A stretch of 64,000 nt of DNA from Selaginella moellendorffii (taxonomy: Eukaryota > Plantae > Lycopodiophyta): contig NW_003314361.1 of the NCBI RefSeq assembly GCF_000143415.4, forward strand, positions 1 through 64,000, given 5' to 3'. Position numbers and translations under genes: made by a program. The notes beneath the pieces are model-generated. The model saw only the letters and a list, made by a program, of their open reading frames with translations. It had not been told where the DNA came from and did not search any database. Below, piece after piece: positions 1-9,440 of the stretch (positions within the stretch are counted from its first letter, which is position 1; every line of letters starts with the position of its first letter).

Positions 1-90
1 CCTAAACCCTAAACCCTAAACCCTAAACCTAAAACCCTAAACCCTAAACCCTAAACCCTAAACCCTAAACCCTAAACCCTAAACCCTAAA
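1..90 (+). repeat. Terminal plant-type telomeric array (CCCTAAA)n
   Basis: About 13 tandem CCCTAAA units with minor variants at the very start of the window. The C-rich strand is on +, so the chromosome end is to the left. Confidence 0.95.
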
Positions 91-708
91 CGGTCAGAAC
101 GGAATATTCCCCAATATTCCGACTGTATCCCTGTTGACCGAGTCAAAACGGCATATACTGTTGGATTCCGCTCTTCCTTCCGATCGTGAATATGTGAGTT
201 TCAACTCTGAACTCCACACACGACTCGTGGAAAAGCGTGTATTCCGTTAAAACGGTGCCGCTCCCTCGACATCGGCGACACATGCCGACAGCTCGCGGGA
301 TGGCTCTCCCCTGCATCACCGCTGGACTCCGGGTATGTATGAGTGACCTCAGGCCCTCCACCATCCCAGTCCACACACGGTCAACGCAGGGTCAACGGTC
401 AACGACGGAATATTCCCAGAATATTCCCTGCAAAGTGAACCACGTTTTTCGTCACCGGGTACGTACGAGTGACACAAGCATTGTGGACGTAACGCATGCA
501 TCATATCATGCCGCGTTTACAAGTTATCTTGCGTCAAAGGTACGTCACCCGCCGGCTGAACGCTTACTGTCTTCGGCGATCCGCCGAAGTCATTCTCCGC
601 GACTACCACTGCTGTGGAGTAACCAACACCAGCTGTGCTACGTTCGCACCCTCGCGAGCCAACGCTGCCACGCCACTTTGCATGGCCGCCACACGGACTT
701 GCGCCACA
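91..708 (+). mobile_element. 5'-truncated 3' UTR of a Penelope-like element (related subfamily), capped by telomere
   Basis: 638-706 is near-identical to 1984-2051, the end of the PLE 3' UTR. It shares GGAATATTCC and GGTCAAC motifs with 1890-1976 and is followed by the same hammerhead module. Confidence 0.6.
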
Positions 709-1010
709 TGACAGAGCCAAAATATAAGTAGAGTCGGCACCGAGCTAGGGTTAGGGTAGACACTAGACGACTACACCCGGCTGATGAGTCCCAAAAAGGA
801 CGAAACCGGTCTCGGGTTGTCTCTTGTCCTCTCCCTCGCTCACGAATGAATGAAAATTCATTCCCTTGCCTCCTCTACTTGCTCTCGATCATGCCGTCTC
901 GACAACGGCACACGGAGAATGTGGATTGCACAAAGTGGTGCCGCAATCTCGCCGGATTGCAACACCGCGGGGTGTCTTTGACCCTAAACGCCTAAACGCG
1001 CCTAAACCCT
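709..1010 (+). mobile_element. Hammerhead-containing PLE terminal module (pLTR-like) with empty 17-bp target site and telomere-like tail
   Basis: 709-959 is repeated at 2084-2334 (offset 1375). It ends in CAACACCGCGGGGTGTCTTTGACCCTAAACGCCTAAACGCGCCTAAA, which recurs at ~1332, ~4035 and ~6707. Confidence 0.8.
765..822 (+). ncRNA. Minimal type I hammerhead ribozyme (copy 1)
   Basis: Stem I ACCCGG(775-780)/TCGGGT(812-817), extended by AGACG/TGTCT; core CTGATGA 781-787; stem II GTCC-CAAAAA-GGAC; GAAA 802-805; palindromic stem III ACCGGT; GTC cleavage triplet 809-811. Confidence 0.93.
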
Positions 1011-1195
1011 AAACGCGCCTAAACCCTAAACCCTAAACCCTAAACCCTAAACCCTAAACCCTAAACCTAAACCCTAAACCCTAAACCCTAAACCCTAAAA
1101 CCCTAAACCTAAACCCTAAACCCTAAACCCTAAACCCTAAACCGGCTAAACCCTAAACCGGCTAAACCCTAAACCCTAAACCCTAAACCCTAAAC
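982..1195 (+). repeat. Interstitial telomeric repeats with variants (CGCCTAAA, CCGGCTAAA)
   Basis: Direct reading of the sequence. Confidence 0.95.
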
Positions 1196-1314
1196 CGGAC
1201 GGCCCAAGAGCAGCGCCGGGCGTTCGCGCTCATAGTTTCACTAGTCTCTTCGAGAGTGCGCTCTCAATGTTGTTTTGATCCCTTTGGGATTGGGGTAATG
1301 TACATATATGTTTA
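1196..1314 (+). mobile_element. 5'-truncated copy (3' 119 bp) of the non-coding element at 2335-4017
   Basis: Appears identical to 3899-4017 (offset 2703). Preceded by telomere repeats and followed by the 17-bp site (1315-1331) and the module tail. Confidence 0.9.
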
Positions 1315-1399
1315 GCGATCTCGCCAGATTGCAACACCACGGGGTGTCTTTGACCCTAAACGCCTAAACGCGCCTAAACCCTAAACCCTAAACCCTAAA

Positions 1400-2053
1400 C
1401 TTTCCACGGCCCATGGATTCCATGCCATGCGCATGCGGTTCTACCACCGCCTCTGTGTCCGGGGACACCCGATCTCCTTCCTCCAACACTGCCTCTCTAG
1501 CATCTCCTCTGACCAGCAACATGAAGCTCTCCTTGCACGCTCGCACCGCTCTAGCGACGCTTGTCGACGGACCCCCCTCGCCTTTAAGCTCCCCTACACG
1601 CTTCACAGCACGCAGCTAGGCTTGGGGGACATCCTAAACCCTAAACAGGTGATGGATGAAGCTCCCGCAGACACACTCCCCTGAGTGATCACGTGCTGGA
1701 GATGCCTCCCGAATCCCGGTTCGTTCCTGGTCAGGGCTAAACTCGCTTTGCGAGCTTAGCCACATCTTTTACTACGCTTTGCAAGAGACGGAAGCATATG
1801 ATTGCATCCTTCTCTGCGTAACCGATGACCTTCAGGGTCTGGCCGATGGACTCTAGGTATGTCCCAGTCACCTCTGGTCGTCCCCCACCGGTCAACGCCC
1901 GGTCAACGCGCAGTCTACTGTCCAAACAGGAATATTCCCGAATATTCCCTGACAGTCAGATTGTTGACCGAGTCAACGAGGCCTACGTTCGCACCCTCGC
2001 GAGCCAACGCTGCCACGCCAGTTCGCATGGCCGCCACACGGACTCGCGCCAGT
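1400..2053 (+). mobile_element. 3' end of an endonuclease-deficient Penelope-like retroelement (RT thumb/C-terminus 1400-1759 plus 3' UTR)
   Basis: The frame reads LSTAHGFHAMRMRFYHRLCVRGHPISFL...PLAFKLPY...P*VITCWRCLPNPGSFLVRAKLALRA*. This matches PLE C-terminal motifs FxxRLxxRGYP, LPY and RxxNLxxxLVRAKL. It stops at 1757-1759 with no GIY-YIG domain, has an internal TGA at 1682-1684, and its 5' end is capped by CCCTAAA. Confidence 0.75.
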
Positions 2054-2139
2054 CCTAAACCCTAAACCCTAAACCCTAAACCCTGACAGAGCCAAAATAT
2101 AAGTAGAGTCGGCACCGAGCTAGGGTTAGGGTAGACACT

Positions 2140-2197
2140 AGACGACTACACCCGGCTGATGAGTCCCAAAAAGGACGAAACCGGTCTCGGGTTGTCT
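2140..2197 (+). ncRNA. Minimal type I hammerhead ribozyme (copy 2)
   Basis: Identical to copy 1: CTGATGA 2156-2162, GAAA 2177-2180, predicted cleavage after C2186. Confidence 0.93.
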
Positions 2198-2334
2198 CTT
2201 GTCCTCTCCCTCGCTCACGAATGAATGAAAATTCATTCCCTCGCCTCCTCTACTTGCTCTCGATCACGCCGTTTCGACAACGGCACACGGAGAATGTGGA
2301 TTGCACAAAGTGGTGCCGCGATCTCGCCAGATTG

Positions 2335-4017
2335 TGCAAAAGCCCTAAGTTGTTTGAGGAGAGAGCTCGAAGGCGCTAGAGAGAGAGTGTGAGAAAGAGG
2401 GAGGGAGCGAGCGTCCAGGGCGGCACAAGCATCGCAGACCGCGGCAGCTACACACGGAGCTCGTCTCCCTCCTCTTTCTCCTCTTCTCTCTCGCTCTCTG
2501 TCGTTTTTATCGATATCTCCCAAACGGCTGGGAGAAACCTCGATTCCTTCGACGGGGGGCTTCTAGGAGTGTAGATTCTCATCCTCCTAGAAGGCCGCGG
2601 CGAGATCTGCCACGGATCTGGAGATCTCGCTGGCCCTAGGTCGCTGCTGTTTTTAGGGTTTTTCGGCGGCGGCTAGGGTTTTTCGGGGCTTAGAGATTTG
2701 GAGGAGTGGAGAGGGCAGTCAGGAACACCACGGCTGCAGCAGCTGGACGCTCTCCTCTCCTCCTCTTCTTTTTTCGCTTCTCATGGTTTCAAGTTTTTTG
2801 GGAGCTCATAACTCCTGAACGGCTTGGAATTTTTCCACAAAAATTCACAGGGGGATAGCTGGGAGGGAGCCTCACACCCTCCCAGAAGCGCAGGCAAAAA
2901 TTCTTCACGGTCTCAGAGTTCTCACCTGTCCTAATTCGTGGCTAGGGTTAGGGTTCTTGGCTAACTGCGGTTAGGGCAGGACTTAGGGTGGCGGCGGGAT
3001 CTTCGATCCGGCCACTCTAAGTGTCAGGGATCTTCGTTACATGTGGTTGGCACGGCAGCAACATGGTGGAAACGCGACGGTTGCTGGTCTCGCAGCTTCG
3101 AGCGGGATTTCTCGCCTTAGGTCGGGCCATGCAAGGTGGCGACTAAGGTACGGAGAGCGTGAAGCTGCATGTGTCGGAAGTTCTTGGCGACTTGAGTCGT
3201 GGAAACACGACCAAGTCATGGGATCTTTGTTGACTGGTGGAGGACAGTTCGGGACGACATCCCGACATAGCGAAGTGTCCGTGGTGGATGGACGTGGAAG
3301 ACACTATGGGCGCATTTTTGGATCTAGTGACAGGGAAGTGCTGTCACAAAGGGGGCCAGTGGCGGATGGCTGAGTTGGTTTGCTCGCGGAGGGGATCCCA
3401 CATGGTTCTTGCTTCAGGGCTAGTCCTTTGAGGAGGTTTGCGGAGGCTTGCAAGTCTTGTGATTGTCGCGATGCCGGCAACGGGGGCTCGTATATCATTG
3501 AAGGGGGCCAGCGCACTTGTCTAGTGTGGGAGGCAAGGTAGCACGCTCTAGTCTAGAGCTGGAGGAGGCTCACACCTCGCTTGTTCTACGCCTTGGAGTT
3601 TGTTCGTAATGGGCACCGACTTAGTGCTGGAAGTACACTGGGGAGGTAGGCGCTCCAAGACACAGCATCACGTCTTGGGGCGTAACAGGTGGCTTCAGCT
3701 TGTGCAGTGGAGTCACCTTGGAGGCGAGTGACCCATGAGCAACGCCGGGTCATCGTGCTCGAGTTGGACCGCTTGGCTGCGACGACGTTGAGCTAGATCG
3801 ACATGGTGTTCGTCTGGCTTGTCATCATTGTGACCGAGTGGAGGAGTGGCAAGGCGAAGCAGGTGGCTTCAAGCTCCGCGGTGGAGTCACCTGGGAGGCG
3901 GACGGCCCAAGAGCAGCGCCGGGCGTTCGCGCTCATAGTTTCACTAGTCTCTTCGAGAGTGCGCTCTCAATGTTGTTTTGATCCCTTTGGGATTGGGGTA
4001 ATGTACATATATGTTTA
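2335..4017 (+). mobile_element. Non-autonomous (SINE-like) 1683-bp retroelement with 17-bp TSD
   Basis: Flanked by GCGATCTCGCCAGATTG at 2318-2334 and 4018-4034, with an empty site at 943-959. No recognisable ORF. The 3' ~40 nt resembles the LINE 3' end (6653-6689). Confidence 0.85.
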
Positions 4018-4056
4018 GCGATCTCGCCAGATTGCAGCACCGCGGGGTGTCTTTGA

Positions 4057-4229
4057 CCCTAAACGCCTAAACGCGCCTAAATCCTAAAACCCTAAACCTT
4101 AACCCTAAACCCTAAACCCTAAAACCCTAAACCCTAAACCCTATAAACCCTAAACCCTAAACCCTAAACCCTAAAAACCCAAAACCCTAAACCCTAAACC
4201 CTAAAAACCCTAAACCCTAAACCCTAAAC
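4057..4229 (+). repeat. Interstitial telomeric repeats
   Basis: CCCTAAA and variant units. Confidence 0.95.
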
Positions 4230-6689
4230 TGGTGCTTTTGCGGACGACACTGCCTTGTTCCTACTTGCGACTAAGGAGAACATGGATGCAGCTAAGAAGG
4301 CGTTGGTGCAGCAATTAACTGGAACAAATTAGTGGGCATAAATTGGGGGCGACCAGGCATCGAATCTTGGGGGCAGGACATCGGCTTCCAGTGGCTCAAA
4401 CCAGGAGAAGACGCTAGGTACCTGGGGATCCAGGTTGGTACTCGGTTCAGTGCAGCACTTCAGGATGACACCTTGCTTCGACGGGTACGAACGTCAATCC
4501 AGAAGTGGGCTCCCCGGAAACTCGGCTTGCCAGCGAGAGTGGTAGTCGCTAGGAGCATCATTCTGCCCAGCATCTGGTACCACCTCTCCATCTGGCTTGT
4601 TCCAGAACGCACTCTTAGAAAGGTACGCACGATGGTCCGTCAGTATTTGTGGTGGGGCGCTCTGGTCACAGGGAGGAGCATGGCCAAGGTCGCGTGGCAA
4701 TCTATAGCACGTCCGTGAGTCTTGGGAGGACTTGGAGTAATCGATCCAAGTGACATGGCGAAGGCGCTACGGTACAAAATCCTCCTCATGGGCCTTCAAC
4801 CAGGTAATCAACCTTGGAGACTCATGTTTAGGCAGAACTTGTTGGCAATCCGGCCCAAGCACAACACTGCAAGACCGTGGGAAGAAGATCCACGTTGGCT
4901 CTTTGCCGAGGGGCCGAAGCAAGTAGTCAAGGGCAGCACTCTAGTCCAGGGGTTTCTCCGGTTATGGAGCGCGTTTCCAGTCAACAGGGAATTGCCAGGG
5001 CGAGCGGAGGACTGGCTGAACCAGCCCCTGTTCTTAAACGACCTCTTCAAACTGGATGATAGGACGCTGGGCAGGGAGGACCACTACACAATCTGGAGAA
5101 AGCTACATAGCACAGGCTTCCGAACTCTCAAGCAGCTGGTGCGGGTTCTGGACAAGGACAGGAGGAAGACTACGAGGCATATGCAGGTCTTTAACCCGGG
5201 ACGGTGGAGGAAAGTCCACCTTGATCTTCTTCGCATTATCAGAGCAGTGAGTGCGGCGAAGCAGGGGCAACTCTGGCCTAGGCGTTGTCTCAAATCTGGA
5301 GACTTTGTGGCTCTGCAACGGGACGTGGAGCCAGACAGGGAACGAGTTAGCTTGGGGGCCTGGACACGGGCATTTACGGCCCCAACACCAGCTTGGGAGG
5401 ACAGGGATGTGGAGGTATGGTTCGTTGTGTCTCCAGACCAAAATGTTGGGCGTCCTTTTCGAGTCTTGAGAGGTGACATGCTGTTGCCAGCAGGAGACGA
5501 ACAAGTCATGCCGATGGTGACGGATGACGAGGTCAAGGGTAGGATTCGAGTAATACGACAGGCTCCGAAACAATCGGTGGTGGTTCAATCGTTGGCTGCA
5601 CTAGAGGGGGAAGGCATTCTTAGATGGTGGCGACAGCAGCTCATCGAGGATCTGGATTGGGACCCCGCAGCATGGAAACGAGGAGCGAGGAGCTTCTTCT
5701 CCTTCGGCGTCAAGGAAGCAAGGGATGGTCTCTTGACCAGCAGGGAGGAGGCCCGAGGGGAGATCCCCAAGCTCTGGAAGAAATGGATCGAGCAAGGAGT
5801 TGAAACAAATCAGGTGGTGGGCAACACGCTTGCGTTCTGGAAACTACCGGTACAGGAGAAAGTCAAGGCCACCTCTTGGTTGGTGGCAAATAACGGGCTG
5901 CCGGTAGGACAGCGGTTCCAGGAAGAAGCATGCCGACGGTGCAAGGAGTGTGGCGAGCTGGAGACAGCGCGACATGTCCTATGGGAATGCGACGTGGCGA
6001 GAGAAGTTTGGCGACAGATCTTCAAGGCGACGCAGGAACTCGGAGACATTCCAGAGTTTGAGGCTCGGAGTGGGGATATCCTCCACTGGTTTGAGGGAGC
6101 TAGAGGCCCAGCCATTGGTCCAGCTTGGAGGCGTATTCGCTGCTACGGACGGCACCGATGGAACATGCGAGTCCGGTGGGACATGACAGGGGCTGAAGTT
6201 GGGATGTCCATCTGGGAGGCGTTGGGCCAAGAGCGCTGGTCCATTTGGAGGGCAACAGGACTGCAGGCACTTTGGGAGGCGCGGAACCACTGTCGCTTTG
6301 ATGGGCAACAAGCGAGAATATCGGCAGTGGTGGTATCATGGTGGAGACTCACTCTTGCAGCGGTGCGTCTTCACTACACCATCCTGAAAGAGCGGGCAAA
6401 ACCGAGGCAGCTCGAGGAGTGGAGATCTAGGTGGCTCCCATGCTTTGGCAAATTGGGAGGTGGCGAGATTCGTTGGCAATGGCGCCCCCTAGACTCTGTT
6501 CTAAGGTCAGCTCGTGGGGGAGACTTGGACATCGACATGATTCGCTCGAGACGACTACGTCCACTTCTACTCCAGGACTAGGTCTAGCTACGGCATATGA
6601 GGATCACGTAGAGTAGCTCATTGAGAGGGCGGCACGCCCATTTTTTGTATTAGTCCCATTGGGACATGGGGAATGTACATACACGTTCA
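4230..6689 (+). mobile_element. 5'-truncated, inactivated L1/Tx1-type LINE (ORF2: RT C-terminal half plus zf-RVT CCHC)
   Basis: Begins GAFADDTALF (FADD at 4237-4248), then a frameshifting deletion before GAAINWNK. Continues with RYLGI, KVAWQSIARP*VLGGLG (stop 4716-4718) and CKECGELETARHVLWEC, ending at stop 6581. The 108-nt 3' UTR has no poly(A) and abuts GCGATCTCGCCGGATTG at 6690. Confidence 0.92.
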
Positions 6690-6728
6690 GCGATCTCGCC
6701 GGATTGCAACACCGCAGGGTGTCTTTGA

Positions 6729-6770
6729 CCCTAAACGCCTAAACGCGCCTAAACCCTAAACCCTAAACCC
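6729..6770 (+). repeat. Innermost telomeric repeats; boundary of the terminal retroelement array
   Basis: CCCTAAACGCCTAAACGCGCCTAAACCCTAAACCCTAAACCC, followed by an abrupt switch to AT-rich DNA. Confidence 0.9.
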
Positions 6771-7439
6771 TTTTTTTAGTATATATTTTTAGTATATCAA
6801 AAAAATAGGTTAGTTTTTGGAAATTATAATTTTGATTGCATATTGAGGTAAACTGTTTTTATCTGATGCCTCTAACTTTCATAGTTTACTAAAGAATATT
6901 AGAATTTTTATTATGTGTCTGGTTTTACATTTAAAAATATACATTGTTGATACTTATATTTCAGAGAATATAAAAATCAATACTATCTAATTAGATATCA
7001 TATCAATATATAAAGAAAAATATATTAATATTTAATAAATGTTTCGAGTAATATAAATATAGTATGTTTTTACAACACAAATATACCAACTATTTATTAA
7101 AACATTTATCAAAGAAATATTTACAACTATGATTTATATTAATTTTAAGATGAATATTGTAGAAAACTCTTCTGGAATGACATATAGACTTTTTTGCTTT
7201 TTACCTAATACCTTTACGACAGAGAGTGAAACACTAAATAAAATCAAACACGGAAATCATTTCTATGTCCTGAGTTAATGTACAAATATCATGTACCAAA
7301 TCAAACCAAGCTCATGGCTTCAAAGTTGTGTCTATAAACACGTACATACACAACAGTTTATTTAATGCTGTCTTATTCCTTCAGAAATGGCTTTTTTTAA
7401 AACAGTTCATGGCTTTGTCTGTAAGAAAGTAGAGTAGGC

Positions 7440-7680
7440 TGCCATGTAGAGCTCCAATCCTTGTTCTCCACCACCTCAGCTGCCATGTACTTTGCTGTTG
7501 TGATATCTCCTAAAGGTGCTGATCACCACTTTGTCGCACATGTTTAGCTTGGAAAGAATGTTGTCTAGCTTGAGATTCTGGTGAACCACGCCTCTCAAAT
7601 AAATCTATTTGAAGGTCTTTACCAGCTGCTTGGTGATTCTGGCTGCTTTGTCCTCACCAATCTTCTCGCAAATATGCTAT
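7440..7680 (-). pseudogene. Ser/Thr protein kinase pseudogene fragment
   Basis: Minus strand reads ARITKQLVKTFK*IYLRGVVHQNLKLDNIL (decayed HRDLK loop) and YMAAEVV (decayed YMAPE). Confidence 0.65.
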
Positions 7681-8278
7681 ATTTAAAAGATAAAATAATT
7701 ATGGAATAACGCCTTAAGAAATGAAGGCAATATTTCCACCAATGAACGTAACCACTCAAGGAAAAATGCCCATGCCCTGTCCAAAAGGAGACTCAGACAA
7801 CACCACAAAGTCGAGTCGCCATGCCTGGCATGATGCTTCCAAGCTCACCTCCAAAGTGATGGAACTTTACAAGGTATGAGGAAAAATTCGAACTTGATCA
7901 GAAGATTTCCATGATTTTCTGAGTATACATCTATTCAGGTATCTTTTCTATCTTGTTGTGATGTCTAGGCCATTTTCTTCTCACAAACTTGCTCATGGAC
8001 AAAATTAAGGAGACCAAGGACAGTGTTTGAATCTCTCCTCCATTGCGCATATTGCCTTTTACAGCGGTGGAATCCAGTTCTCACACCTTAATGACAAAGC
8101 CTGGTACACCAAACAACTCTCGTTTCTCGTGAGCAGTTCTGATGATTAGGGCTAGTTCTATATAGAATGGCTCGTTGTCATTTGGTATATAATACTATAT
8201 ATATATATGAATAATTAAAATATATTTTATATTGCAAGAACCACTACTTCCTTCTAACTGTAAGAAATTTTTGGCTTT

Positions 8279-8652
8279 NNNNNNNNNNNNNNNNNNNNNN
8301 NNNNNNNNNNNNNNNNNNNNNNNNNNNNNNNNNNNNNNNNNNNNNNNNNNNNNNNNNNNNNNNNNNNNNNNNNNNNNNNNNNNNNNNNNNNNNNNNNNNN
8401 NNNNNNNNNNNNNNNNNNNNNNNNNNNNNNNNNNNNNNNNNNNNNNNNNNNNNNNNNNNNNNNNNNNNNNNNNNNNNNNNNNNNNNNNNNNNNNNNNNNN
8501 NNNNNNNNNNNNNNNNNNNNNNNNNNNNNNNNNNNNNNNNNNNNNNNNNNNNNNNNNNNNNNNNNNNNNNNNNNNNNNNNNNNNNNNNNNNNNNNNNNNN
8601 NNNNNNNNNNNNNNNNNNNNNNNNNNNNNNNNNNNNNNNNNNNNNNNNNNNN
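8279..8652. other. Assembly gap (N)
   Basis: Run of N. Confidence 1.
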
Positions 8653-9440
8653 CACATGCAGCGTCTTTACGTGAAAGGTGAGGTATCCAACACTCATCTT
8701 TAAATTCTATCATATTCTTTGTTCTCAAATCGAGCTTTGATCTAACGTATTTGGTGCTGGTTGTGTACATTGATTGCTGCCATTAAGAAACTCAAAGGTG
8801 GAGATCCTCACCAAGACGACATGTCAATCTGGCCCAAGTCATTGGCAGCTACCGTGGAGAAGAGCGTGAACGAGACAGTGAAGGCAGGCACCAAACTTTT
8901 AGTTGGTGGTAAGCGAAGGGGAGCTTTCATGGAGCCAATGATCCTGGAAGACGCTCCCTTTGACACAGATGCAAAGAAGGAAGAGATTTTCAGTCCAGTG
9001 ATCCTTCTCTACTCATACAAGTAAGCTCTCAAAGTTTCTTAGCCCCTGAAGTTCTTCTTTACTTCCTTTTTTTTCTCTAAACTAAAACGGTGGTGACGCA
9101 GTGATTTCAAGGAAGCCGTGAAGGAAGCTAACAACACGCATTATGGTCTCCAGGCCAGCGTCTTTATGCATGATCTAAACAAGGCCTTCTATGCGTTTGA
9201 GCACATAGAGGTAGCTTTGCGTTTGAGATATAGAAAGTATTGATCGATTGTTTGATGATTATTTTATCCTCACAGGCTGGAGGAGTTTGCCTCAATGATT
9301 TGCCAAGCATGCGCGTTGATAGCCAGCCATACGGTGGGATCAAAGACTCTGGAATCCAACGAGAGGGTGTCAAGTACGTGATGGACGACATGCTTGAAAC
9401 CAAAGTTTTAGTCATGTGCAATGTAGGCAACGTTGCCATG
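8653..9440 (+). pseudogene. ALDH21A1: C-terminal half of an aldehyde dehydrogenase, ALDH21-like (partial, probably a pseudogene)
   Basis: Reads HMQRLYV; KEEIFSPV; intron 9021-9101; DFKEAVKEANNTHYGLQASVF; intron 9211-9275; RVDSQPYGGIKDSGIQREGVKY..MLETKVLVM, as I recall moss ALDH21. The N-terminal half is absent or in the gap, and conserved residues are altered (FGP to FSP). Confidence 0.75.

Noticed and set aside
237-731. 164-aa ORF and other short ORFs in the first kb
   Set aside because: No recognisable motifs; GC-rich UTR-like sequence whose related copy does not keep the frame.
943-1010. Initial idea that the shared tail is the LINE's own 3' end or a telomerase RNA template
   Set aside because: The empty site and the 17-bp TSD show the tail belongs to the target module. 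It is multi-copy, and I see no snRNA-type USE/TATA promoter as expected for a plant telomerase RNA gene.
3041-3431. ORFs inside the 1683-bp element as LINE ORF1
   Set aside because: Short, with no zinc knuckle or RRM motif; treated as non-coding, although a decayed ORF cannot be excluded.
8195-8770. ORFs spanning poly-X
   Set aside because: Artefacts of the N gap; the same applies to 21806-22069.
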